The position numbers and the translations under genes were made by a program. A stretch of 64,000 bases of DNA from Acidobacteriota bacterium (lineage in GTDB: Bacteria; Acidobacteriota; UBA890; WLXD01), in contig CBDFKD010000002.1 in the NCBI GenBank assembly GCA_965248695.1, positions 512,001 to 576,000 of the forward strand, in the 5' to 3' direction. Position 1 is the first letter of the stretch; every line of letters starts with the position of its first letter. This document shows positions 51,765-60,310 of the stretch, piece after piece. A model generated the notes under the pieces. That model searched no databases and was not told where the DNA came from. It saw only the letters and a list, made by a program, of their open reading frames with translations.

Positions 51765-52041
51765 TCCAACTTTCCTTGCCACACTTTTCTTCTTGGCATT
51801 CGTACCGTGTCTCGCGGGCGCCCAACATGCCCATAGGGTCATTACGCACTCTAGATCCCGTCCTACGAATATTGCGTGAACCGCAATGCTCACAACAATT
51901 GCCGTCGGAGCTGTCCCTAAGCTCGTCTTCGAGTGCCTTGACGCGCCGTTCCAAATCCGTCACGCACTCGGGCGCAGCGCGCATGGCTTTCCATTCGTCC
52001 CAGCGGTCCAATGCAGACAACACATCACTGAGCAAGGACAC
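51748..52041 (-). CDS. Counter-oriented zinc-ribbon protein (moron-like)
   Basis: GGAGG RBS; CEHCG...C....C; lower GC than flanks. Confidence 0.7.
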   Translation of the reverse strand: MSLLSDVLSALDRWDEWKAMRAAPECVTDLERRVKALEDELRDSSDGNCCEHCGSRNIRRTGSRVRNDPMGMLGARETRYECQEEKCGKESWIIDKS

Positions 52042-52261
52042 TGACTTCCTCCTGCGGCTGAAGCGTGGTCAGGGGGATCGCGGGGTAGCCGGCGACTCGG
52101 CTGCCCCGCTTGTCTTTACCTGCAGCCTACACGGAGACGCCCGCGAGCTGCCGCATGAACACGACACCCCATTGACAACGCGCCCTCAGTGCGCTTGGAT
52201 GTCGGAGTCGCGGAAAACACCGCGACCGGGTCAGACAACCTGCGTACCTACGAGGCACGTT

Positions 52262-52292
52262 AGGCGCGCCTCTTGTTCGAGCGCGCCTTTTT
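52262..52292 (+). terminator. Intrinsic terminator in the C4-type leader
   Basis: aggcgcgc...gcgcgcct followed by TTTT. Confidence 0.7.
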
Positions 52293-52321
52293 CGTGCACC
52301 GCGCATGGCGCCACCGCTGGT

Positions 52322-52391
52322 GGGGTCATGCGGGGACCCTTCGGGGTCAGCCGGTACCCTCGTAGGCCGGTTTGTCTGCCCGCATGGCCCC
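52322..52391 (+). ncRNA. C4/CI-type cloverleaf antisense RNA
   Basis: Closing stem ggggtcatgcggg/cccgcatggcccc, gacc-cttcgg-ggtc hairpin, ccgg stem with loop cctcgtagg, bulge tttgtctg; complementary targets upstream and downstream. Confidence 0.8.
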
Positions 52392-52453
52392 GTCTCTCTT
52401 CGTCAGACAACGAAGAGTGGCGGATACCGCGACCTTCACGCTACGAGGACGCC

Positions 52454-52687
52454 ATGTGCACGCTGGAGCGCACCGACCGCGCCGCCAGCCTCGATGCCTG
52501 CAAGCAGGCGATCGCCGAGCTGCTGGCCCCCGATTCCGAGACGCATCCAGTGGAGCACCTTGCTCACGTGGCGGTACTTGCGGATGCGCTGTGCCGGGCG
52601 CTTATCGAGGCCGTTGCCGAGGAGTTGTGGGAGGCGACGACGTCCACTGCACCGACGATCGTCCCTGGACCGCGAGGTGAGCAATGA
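52454..52687 (+). CDS. Small protein directly downstream of the C4-type RNA
   Basis: GAGG RBS inside an antisense target site; MCTLERTDRAASLD... Confidence 0.6.
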   Translation: MCTLERTDRAASLDACKQAIAELLAPDSETHPVEHLAHVAVLADALCRALIEAVAEELWEATTSTAPTIVPGPRGEQ

Positions 52688-52899
52688 GCGGTAGGCACAT
52701 CTATGCGGATCTCCGCGACATGGATCTCAGGTCCGTCACTCCCGAAGCACTCGATGAGGTTGCCGACGCCCTGAGCTCGCTCATCGCGGCGTTGGCGGAT
52801 GGGCTTGCGGCAACCCAGCGCGAGTTTGCCGCCGCTCTTACCGCCCAACGCGCGCTGGTGAGGGCGCGCAAAGCGATCTTAAAGGAGAGGCGACACTGA
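52684..52899 (+). CDS. Phage hypothetical coiled-coil protein
   Basis: Coupled to both neighbours. Confidence 0.55.
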   Translation: MSGRHIYADLRDMDLRSVTPEALDEVADALSSLIAALADGLAATQREFAAALTAQRALVRARKAILKERRH

Positions 52900-53819
52900 T
52901 GCGCATGTACGCGAAGGTCTCGCCGCGTTTGTGGACGGGAAGCCTCGGGGAGCAACTACGCGGCGATCCAGAAGCTCAAGCGTTGGCGGCCTACCTCGTG
53001 ACAGGGCCACACGCGAACATGATCGGTCTGTACAGGCTTCCGATTTCCTACCTTGCGGAGGACCTTGGATGGGGCTTCGAAGGGGCTTCGAAGGCCCTTC
53101 GAAGGGTATGTGAGGCCGGTTTTGCAAGCTACGACAAGGCCACGCAGAGGATTTGGGTCATCGATCACGCGCGCCACGAGTTCGGAAACGAGCTGAAGCC
53201 CGGCGACAAGAGAATCAAGAACATCGCCAAGCAATTACTGGAACACCGTAACTCTAGCCTTATCAATGACTTCCTGGACAAATACGGCGCTGAATTCCAT
53301 ATCGCGCCGAAGGGGCTTGCGAGCCCCTTCGAAGGGGCTTCACAAGCCCCTTCACAAGCCCCTTCACAAGGCCATTCGAAGCCCCTTCGAAGCCAGGAGC
53401 AGGAACAGGAGCAGGAACAGGAGCAGGAGCAGGAGGGGGGTGGTGTCGAACAACCTCGGAGGTGGAACGCAGGGTCGGAGGGCGAGCGACCTCCCACCGC
53501 CACCGCCACCGACGGCGCCGACGACGCCGTACTCGAAGTGCTGGAGGCGTTCAACGAGCGCTTCTGTCGCACGGCCATGCCCGGCTCCGGCACCCGGTAC
53601 CTCCAAGAGCGCCTCGCCGCAGGCGGCACCTTCGAGCAGGCAAAGGCGGTCATCGAGCACGTCGGCGCCGAGGGCCGGCACGTCGGTTCGCCGCAGGATG
53701 TGTTCAACGCTCGGACCTGGAACGCCGTGCATCCGCCGCCGTCCCACAGCCGTCGCCGTGAGCCGCGGCTGCCGAAGATCGAGCCCGTGCCCGACGACGC
53801 CCCGGAGCTGGACCGATGA
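52899..53819 (+). CDS. Phage replication initiator/replisome organiser
   Basis: Y.KVSP..W, YL.T.PH.NMIGLY.LP wHTH; internal repeats; upstream of DnaB. Confidence 0.8.
   Translation: MRMYAKVSPRLWTGSLGEQLRGDPEAQALAAYLVTGPHANMIGLYRLPISYLAEDLGWGFEGASKALRRVCEAGFASYDKATQRIWVIDHARHEFGNELKPGDKRIKNIAKQLLEHRNSSLINDFLDKYGAEFHIAPKGLASPFEGASQAPSQAPSQGHSKPLRSQEQEQEQEQEQEQEGGGVEQPRRWNAGSEGERPPTATATDGADDAVLEVLEAFNERFCRTAMPGSGTRYLQERLAAGGTFEQAKAVIEHVGAEGRHVGSPQDVFNARTWNAVHPPPSHSRRREPRLPKIEPVPDDAPELDR
53309..53435. repeat. Iteron-like repeats (candidate replication origin) followed by a QE repeat
   Basis: 18-bp palindrome agccccttcgaaggggct, three 12-bp cttcacaag(c/g)cc units, further cttcgaagcc copies, then (caggar)n. 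Confidence 0.8.
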
Positions 53820-55126
53820 GCGACGCCGAGCTGAAGTTGCCGGCCGACACCGCCACCGAGAAGGCGATCCTCGGAGCGGTGCTGCTGGAGCCGGACTCGT
53901 GGCACACGGTGAGCTCGGAGCTCGAGCCCCGAGACTTTTTTTCCGAGTCCCACCGGTTCGTGTTCGAGGGCATGCGCCAGATCGCCACCGTGCGCCACGA
54001 GGCGATCGATCACACGAGTCTCCGAGCGGAACTGTCGCGCACCGACACGTTGGAGCGCGCCGGTGGAGCCGCCTATCTGTCGAGCCTCATTGACGGGCTA
54101 CCGCACGGCTGCAACGTGGCCCAGTACGCCCGCCTCGTGCGCGACTGCTCGCTGCGCCGACAGGGCATCCGGATCGCCTCGGCGGCGATCACCCGCTTCG
54201 GTGACACCCTCACCGACCCGGACGAGGCGATCGAGGAGTTCAGTGAGGATTTGCGCACGCTGCTCGCCCGGCTCGCCGACGCCGACGTCGAGCAGCTACG
54301 CGGCTCTGCACTGCTGGCCGACAGCCTCCAGCGCGGTGGCCGCGTGCCTCTCGGTTGGCATGCCTTGGACCGGCAGATGCGCGGTGGACTGCCTCGAGGC
54401 ACGGTGATGACCGTGGGAGCCAAAGGCTCGGTGGGCAAGACCCCGTTCGCGCTCCAGACGGCGCAGCGCATCCTCACCACGCGGCCGTCCGCACAGGTGG
54501 TGTTCTTCAACCTGGAGATGCCGGGGGCGGAGATCGTTCGCCGCCAGATCATGGCCTACTGCGGAGTGACGGATGCTGAGGCGGTGGACATGGCTCTGGG
54601 GCGTACCGGTCGGCTCACCGGCATGGGCAACACCCTGGCTGAGTACGACGCGCTCATGGAGCGGTTCCACATGCACAACGCGCAGCGCACGGTGGCCAAG
54701 ATCGAGGCGGCGGTGGCCTCGATCGGAGGCGAGGTAGAGCTGGTGATCGTAGACCACTTGGGCAAGCTCAAAGCGCCCGGCACCAAGAGCCCCTACGACC
54801 GGGTGTCTACTGTGATCGTGGACTTGCAGGCGATGGCGGCGGCGCTGAATGTACCGGTGATGCTGCTGGCGCACCTGAACCGGGTCGACAACAAGTCGCC
54901 TGCGGACGAGGTGTACCTGAGCTCGTTTCGGGACTCAGGCGTGATCGAGGACCAGAGCGACTACGTGTTGGGGCTGTGGCGGCCCCACTACACCGAGGAG
55001 GTAGAGAGGCAGGCGAGGGTGGCGGTGTTGCGCGGCGGGCTGCTGAAGAACAAGAGCGGCTATCCGGGGCAGCTGGACTGGAACTTCGACCTGCCCTACC
55101 AGCAGATCCAGGAGGTGGTGGCGTGA
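53816..55126 (+). CDS. dnaB: DnaB-like replicative helicase
   Basis: EKAILGA, DFF...H; Walker A GAKGSVGKT, NLEM, IVDHL, HLNR, RDSG.IE..SD. Confidence 0.92.
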   Translation: MSDAELKLPADTATEKAILGAVLLEPDSWHTVSSELEPRDFFSESHRFVFEGMRQIATVRHEAIDHTSLRAELSRTDTLERAGGAAYLSSLIDGLPHGCNVAQYARLVRDCSLRRQGIRIASAAITRFGDTLTDPDEAIEEFSEDLRTLLARLADADVEQLRGSALLADSLQRGGRVPLGWHALDRQMRGGLPRGTVMTVGAKGSVGKTPFALQTAQRILTTRPSAQVVFFNLEMPGAEIVRRQIMAYCGVTDAEAVDMALGRTGRLTGMGNTLAEYDALMERFHMHNAQRTVAKIEAAVASIGGEVELVIVDHLGKLKAPGTKSPYDRVSTVIVDLQAMAAALNVPVMLLAHLNRVDNKSPADEVYLSSFRDSGVIEDQSDYVLGLWRPHYTEEVERQARVAVLRGGLLKNKSGYPGQLDWNFDLPYQQIQEVVA

Positions 55127-55213
55127 CGGACGAAGAGGGCATCGTGAGCCGCTACGCACGCCGCCCAACAGGACACCGAGGCGTAAGATGAGTCAGACGG
55201 GAGCAGCCGTCCA

Positions 55214-55636
55214 GTGAGCACTCTGGCGCCCAAACTCTGGACCGTCGACGAGGTCGCGGAATACCTTCGCGTCTCGCGCAAGACGGCCGAGGGTTACGTG
55301 CGCCAGGGGCAGATTCCCAGCGTCAAAATCGGTGGTCGTCGGTTGATTCCAGAGGACCTGCTTAAGGAGCTGATTTATGGCCAGATCGTTCGCGCCCAAA
55401 GTCAAGCAGAGAACCTACAAGGGCCAGCCAGTCTGGGTGGTGGATTGCAGGTCGTGGGCGACAGTGATGCGGAGACTCGGCTACCCAGCGCAGAAGCGTT
55501 TCGAGCACCCGGATCTAGCGCAGGCCTACCTTCAGCAGATCATCGTCGCGCAGCGCACCGGACGCCCTGCGGCCCCGGAGCTGGTGGAGGTCCGACGCCT
55601 CTGCGACCTCTACCTCCAGTCGAAGAAGCGGAGTGA
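55214..55636 (+). CDS. Excisionase-like HTH_17 protein overlapping the integrase gene
   Basis: WTVDEVAEYLRVS....G.IP.VKIG.RRLIP. Confidence 0.8.
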   Translation: MSTLAPKLWTVDEVAEYLRVSRKTAEGYVRQGQIPSVKIGGRRLIPEDLLKELIYGQIVRAQSQAENLQGPASLGGGLQVVGDSDAETRLPSAEAFRAPGSSAGLPSADHRRAAHRTPCGPGAGGGPTPLRPLPPVEEAE

Positions 55637-56495
55637 GGCGGCAGCGTCAACGCTGGTGAGCCTGCGTTCGAGCATGCGGGGCTTTCTGGGCTTTCTGGAC
55701 GGTCGTGGCATCCGGGATGTGCGCGACGTGAATCCCGCCGTCGTGGACCAGTGGCGGGAGCAGATGTTCACTCGATTCGCGGTCAACACGGTGCGCAATC
55801 GGCTACAGCACGTGAGGCAGATGTTCCGCTGGGCCAATCGTCTCGGCTATGTGGAGGGCGATCCGACGAACGCGGTAGCGATGCCGAGAGCTGGTAAGCG
55901 CCGGCGGTGCCTGACCGACGAAGAGGTGCGGATCCTGCTGGAAGGGGCTCGCCCCGACCAGCTGACGATCTGGCGATTCATGCTCATGACGGGCCTTCGC
56001 AAAGGCGAGATGGCGGGGTTGCAGGTTGGCGACGTTCATCTTGATGTGCCCGCCCAATTCGTCTCGGTAATCGGTAAAGGGAATAAGCCACGTGACGTTG
56101 ACTTGGTAGCGCTGACCGCGATCGCCGATGCGAGGAACTTACTTGAGCGAGCAATAGCGACCGGCAGTGAGCCTCTGTTGCCGTTTGGCTACTCGACGCT
56201 GGGCGTCCGGTTCCAGCAGGAGCGTGATCGGCTGGGATTGTCGAAAGAGGTCACTCTGCACGCCCTCAGGCATACATGCGCGACCTGGCTGGCGAACCGC
56301 ACCGGCATGCCGCTTACGGAGGTTCGAGATGTGCTCGGACACCACTCGATCAACGTCACGGAGGTGTACGTGCATGCCGATCGAGCGCGACGCCGACAGG
56401 GCCTGGGCCGGCTCGAAGATCAGTTATTCGAGCACGAAGTTGGTATTAATTTGGAATCTCCGTCTCTGAACAAGCAGGCTAACAGCCCCGGCTAG
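55377..56495 (+). CDS. Tyrosine integrase
   Basis: TGLRKGE, GKGNK, HALRH, LGH, TEVY: all catalytic residues present. Confidence 0.95.
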   Translation: MARSFAPKVKQRTYKGQPVWVVDCRSWATVMRRLGYPAQKRFEHPDLAQAYLQQIIVAQRTGRPAAPELVEVRRLCDLYLQSKKRSEAAASTLVSLRSSMRGFLGFLDGRGIRDVRDVNPAVVDQWREQMFTRFAVNTVRNRLQHVRQMFRWANRLGYVEGDPTNAVAMPRAGKRRRCLTDEEVRILLEGARPDQLTIWRFMLMTGLRKGEMAGLQVGDVHLDVPAQFVSVIGKGNKPRDVDLVALTAIADARNLLERAIATGSEPLLPFGYSTLGVRFQQERDRLGLSKEVTLHALRHTCATWLANRTGMPLTEVRDVLGHHSINVTEVYVHADRARRRQGLGRLEDQLFEHEVGINLESPSLNKQANSPG

Positions 56496-56586
56496 GAATG
56501 GCGTATAACCTTTATGTCAATGCATTTAAATAGTTTACGGGAAGAAAGACCTTCAGGATACGGGCCCCAACGGCTAGCCAATCCAC

Positions 56587-56633
56587 TTCAGGAAGAACCA
56601 CTCCATCGGCCGGATCGTGTCAAGAACGCTCAT
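56587..56633 (-). pseudogene. Probable 5' stub of a glycosyltransferase gene
   Basis: ATG overlaps the HEAT gene stop (ATGA) and reads MSVLDTIRPMEWFFL before running into phage-end DNA. Confidence 0.5.
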
Positions 56634-57691
56634 GCCGCAACTCCCGCTTCGGCGATGACCTCGGTGAGGATGTCTCGCGCGTAGGCATCCGACTCGATGG
56701 AGCGAATCTCGCGAAGCCGCTCGACGTTCATCGTCGGCAGCTTGCTGAGTGCCTGGGCGGCACGAACGCGAATCCAGTACTCCTTGTGGCGCAGCATCCG
56801 AGTGAGGTCGTCTATATCCGCCTCACCACCGAGACGGCCCACTCCGGCGACTGCGTGGAGCTGGACGAGCCAGTTGGTGTCCTCCAGGTAGGTGCGCAGC
56901 ACGCGTAGGCTCTCCGGGTGCGCCAACTTGGACAGCTGGTACAGGCAGGTAACGATGATCTGCTGATCGGTGCATTGCAGCAAGATGCGCTTGATCGTCT
57001 TCATGGCGACCGATTCCTCGGCGGTATCCAGGTAGATGATCAGCAGGGGTTGGTAGGCCTCACCGGCTGATACCGCCGCCTCGGCGAGCGGCTCTGAAAC
57101 CACCTCCGGTCCGGCCTCCCGCAACATAGAGATGACCCGTCCAGGTGGCCAATCCGAGCGAGACGCGAGCACCGGAACCAGCTCGTTCATCGACTCCCGC
57201 GGGCTGATGCGCAACATCGCGTGGGCGGAGGCAAGCGAGAGATAAGGGTTGGGGTCGCTGACGAGCGGTCGGAGCAAGCGACGCGATTCGCGGTCGCGCA
57301 AGCTACCGAGTACCTGAATGGCGATCAGCTTCTGGCGCACGCTGTCGCCGCGTAGTCGCCGCTTGGCATGAATATCGATGCCCGCGAGGCGTGCGAGACG
57401 GTTGAGGTTGTCCTTGCAGTCGCCGCGAAGAAACTCGTGAAAGTAGGCCCACTGTGGCAGCACTTCGGGCGCCTCGGCGCGCGACAGTGACGGCACCCGG
57501 GTGGGCTCCTGCACCAAGGCGCGCGTCATCAGCGCACGCCATCGTCCCAGCACCTTTTCGCGCCAGATTCGGCGACGCGTGTGCAGAACGCGGATAGCCA
57601 GAATCACACCGAGTAGTCCGAGAGTCAGCACGGCTACCGCAATCGCGGTGAGAACCGCGAGCACCACCACGAACGAGGAGAGGCCGGTCAC
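56630..57691 (-). CDS. HEAT repeat protein with N-terminal TM helix
   Basis: TM helix; repeats LGSLRD, D..W.V...A, W.IRVRAAQAL, DAYARD. Confidence 0.88.
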   Translation of the reverse strand: MTGLSSFVVVLAVLTAIAVAVLTLGLLGVILAIRVLHTRRRIWREKVLGRWRALMTRALVQEPTRVPSLSRAEAPEVLPQWAYFHEFLRGDCKDNLNRLARLAGIDIHAKRRLRGDSVRQKLIAIQVLGSLRDRESRRLLRPLVSDPNPYLSLASAHAMLRISPRESMNELVPVLASRSDWPPGRVISMLREAGPEVVSEPLAEAAVSAGEAYQPLLIIYLDTAEESVAMKTIKRILLQCTDQQIIVTCLYQLSKLAHPESLRVLRTYLEDTNWLVQLHAVAGVGRLGGEADIDDLTRMLRHKEYWIRVRAAQALSKLPTMNVERLREIRSIESDAYARDILTEVIAEAGVAA

Positions 57692-57724
57692 CGTAGCCCC
57701 CAGAGCCGATGCTTGGAGCGCATG

Positions 57725-58187
57725 TCAGGCCACCTGCACACTTGTGAACGCGCCGCTCGCCAGCAGTGCCCGCACCCGGGCCACCAGCTCGCGGGGGCGA
57801 AAAGGCTTGGTCAGATAGTCATTGGCCCCGGCGCTCAGAGCGTTGACGACGTCTTGCTCGGAGCCCTTTCCCGAGACCATGATCACGGGTATACGCCTCC
57901 ACGAGGGCTCATCGCGGATGGCGCGGACGACCTGGAACCCGCTGACAAACGGCATCATCACGTCCAGCAAAACGAGGTCGGGAGGCGGCTCGGCGTTGAC
58001 GCGGCGAACCGCTTCGCGGCCATCGTCGACCATGTCCACCTGGAACACCCTCGCGACTGAGCAGAAACTCCAGGACGTAGGCCATGTCGACGTCGTCCTC
58101 GGCTACCATCAGGCGGGTAATACGCCGCGTGGTCGTAGGCTGAGCTTCCGGGGTCATCTCTAGCGCGCTCGTCTGAGTGATGATCAA
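57725..58187 (-). CDS. Single-domain response regulator, frameshifted near 58050; start uncertain
   Basis: VAEDD..LSREG joined to FQV..DG, LLDVMMP, GANDYLTKPF. Confidence 0.85.
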
Positions 58188-58199
58188 CTCGGCACATGT

Positions 58200-58306
58200 G
58201 TCACGTCGAATGATAACAACGTTGAATTGACGTGAGAAAGATAATAATCGTTAATTTCCATTTTTATTGATTACTATTACGTAGTATTAGTCATCATAAG
58301 ATAATA
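58200..58306. promoter_or_regulatory. AT-rich divergent promoter region
   Basis: About 100 bp strongly AT-rich between divergent genes in a GC-rich background. Confidence 0.6.
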
Positions 58307-58316
58307 GGGGCCGCCC

Positions 58317-59143
58317 ATGGACGTCGATCTCGGCGGCCTGCTCGATTTCGCCGTGACGATGGCGGAGCAGGCCGGACGCAAGACGTTGGAGCACTTCGGA
58401 GCCGAAGTGCCTACCGAGCTGAAGGCGGACTCGACACCGGTAACGCAGGCCGATCGCGACGCCGAGCAACTCTGTCGCGAGATGCTCGAGACGCGTTTCC
58501 CCGCGGATGGCATCCTCGGTGAGGAGTTCGGGACCGTGCGTCCTGCGGCGCCGCGTCGATGGATTCTCGACCCGATTGACGGCACCAAGAGCTTCATCCG
58601 CGGGGTGCCGTTGTACGGAGTGTTGATAGCGCTCGAGGAGGCGGGGCTGCCGCCCTCGGCGTCATCCACTTCCCGGCGCTGGCGGAAACGGTTGCGGCGG
58701 CGCGCGGCAGCGGCTGCTGGTGGAACGGAAGCCGGGCTCGAGTATCCGGAATCGATGCCTTGAGCGACGCGCTGGTGCTGGCCACCGATACCGAGTCTCT
58801 GGCCCGGGAGGGTCACACGGAGGGATGGGCGTCACTGGCCGGTCGGGCCGCGATGGCGCGCACGTGGGGCGACTGCTACGGCCACGCGCTGGTCGCCACA
58901 GGTCGGGCCGAGGCCATGCTCGATCCGGTCCTGGCCTTGTGGGACTCCGCGGCCTTGCTCCCAATCATCGAGGAGGCGGGCGGGGTGTTCACCGATTGGA
59001 CAGGTCGCGCGGTGCACAACGGCGCCTCCGGAATCGCCACCAACGCGGCGCTGGCGAAGGAGATCCGCGAGCTGCTCGGCGCCTGCGGCTTGAGTACGAT
59101 GCCGCGCGACGGTAGTTGCCAGCCCGACCCGATGGCACAATAA
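58317..59143 (+). CDS. hisN: Histidinol-phosphatase / inositol monophosphatase family, frameshifted between about 58645 and 58760
   Basis: KAD.TPVT.AD, GEE, WILDPIDGTKSF; WGDCYG, WD.AA..IEEAGG. Confidence 0.88.
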
Positions 59144-59149
59144 GCGGCT

Positions 59150-60310
59150 ATGGACCAGCAGCTTGAGGAGCTCGTACGCCCACGCATCGAGGATAGCTAC
59201 CTCCGCATCCTCGTGGTCGAAGAGGATCCGGAGCTTCGCTCACTGGTCATCTCCACCCTCGCCCAATTCGGGTTCGGGTGTCAGGAGGCGATCGACGCCG
59301 GCGATGCGCTCCGTATCTTGCGCGAAGCCGCCGCCGGACGCGATGACAGTCCGCTGCAGCCCGAGGGCGGGCCGCTTACGCCGATCGGCGGCCGCTATGC
59401 GAGCCTGGCGTGCGAGTTCGGGTTGGTGATCTGTGACGTCCGGATGCCGGACCGCGACGGCCTGTCGTTTCTCGACCAGGTGCTGACCACGTATCCGGAC
59501 GTCTCGGTCATCATGCTGACATCGGTGGATCGAAGCCGCCTGGCTGTGGAGTGCTTGCGTCGAGGCGCCACCGACTACCTGGTCAAACCGATAGATATGG
59601 ACGATCTGCTGATATCGGTTCATCAGGGCCTCGAGCGACGACGACTGGTGATCGAGAATCAGCTCTACCAGACGAAGCTCGAGCGCATGGTCCAGGATCG
59701 CACTATCGAGCTTCGGCGGACGCTCGAAAAGCTGCGCGACAGCTATAACGAGACGCTCACCGCGCTCGCCGCGGCGCTGGACGCGCGCGAGCAGGAGACC
59801 GCCAACCACTCCGTGCGTGTTTCGGAGGGCTGTACTCGACTCCTCCGCCGGCTTGGCGTCGACGATGATGAGGCGCTGCAGGTAATCGAGGCGGGGGCGC
59901 TGCTGCACGACATCGGCAAGATCGGCATTCCGGATTCGATCTTGCTCAAAGACGGCCCGCTCGACCCGCGCGAGCGCGCCATCATGAAGCGACACCCACA
60001 AATCGGCTACGACATGCTGCGCGGCATCCGCTTCCTGGATCCGTCGCTCGAGCTCGTCCTTTACCACCAGGAACGCTACGACGGCACGGGCTATCCACAC
60101 GGTCTGGCCGGCGAGCACATTCCGCTCTCGGCGCGCGCCTTTGCGGTCGTTGATGCCTGGGACGCGATGACCAACACGCGCCCGTACCGTCAGGCGATGA
60201 CTGCCAAGCTGGCGGCCGAAGAGCTCCATTCGTGCGCCGGCACGCATTTCGATCCGGTGGTTGTCGAGGCGTTTCTGGATATGAAGCGCACCGAGGGGGC
60301 GCTCATCTGA
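59150..60310 (+). CDS. Response regulator with HD-GYP phosphodiesterase domain
   Basis: REC (ICDVRMP, DYLVKP); LHDIGK, HQERYDGTGYP, RPYR. Confidence 0.93.
   Translation: MDQQLEELVRPRIEDSYLRILVVEEDPELRSLVISTLAQFGFGCQEAIDAGDALRILREAAAGRDDSPLQPEGGPLTPIGGRYASLACEFGLVICDVRMPDRDGLSFLDQVLTTYPDVSVIMLTSVDRSRLAVECLRRGATDYLVKPIDMDDLLISVHQGLERRRLVIENQLYQTKLERMVQDRTIELRRTLEKLRDSYNETLTALAAALDAREQETANHSVRVSEGCTRLLRRLGVDDDEALQVIEAGALLHDIGKIGIPDSILLKDGPLDPRERAIMKRHPQIGYDMLRGIRFLDPSLELVLYHQERYDGTGYPHGLAGEHIPLSARAFAVVDAWDAMTNTRPYRQAMTAKLAAEELHSCAGTHFDPVVVEAFLDMKRTEGALI

Larger units (their letters stand above)
34602..56590. mobile_element. Incomplete siphovirus-like prophage; no terminase, portal, tail tip or lysis genes
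   Basis: Contiguous capsid, tail, repressor, recombination, replication and integrase genes between host operon fragments. Confidence 0.92.

Noticed and set aside
53309-53435. Short repeats as a CRISPR array
   Set aside because: Units are 6-12 bp, have no unique spacers, lie in frame within a gene, and there are no cas genes
34590-56585. AATCC pentamer close to three junctions (34590/34602, 40433, 56580) as a recombination motif
   Set aside because: Only 5 bp, chosen after the fact, and absent at the ImmA and nfo junctions
34602-56590. Diversity-generating retroelement or invertase shufflon in the prophage
   Set aside because: No reverse transcriptase, no TR/VR repeat pair and no serine invertase seen
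56496-56630. tRNA or tmRNA fragment as integration target
   Set aside because: No T-arm (GTTCRA) or acceptor/CCA pattern recognisable on either strand
58236-58260. Fur box
   Set aside because: Only a partial match within a generally AT-rich tract, and no iron-related genes adjacent
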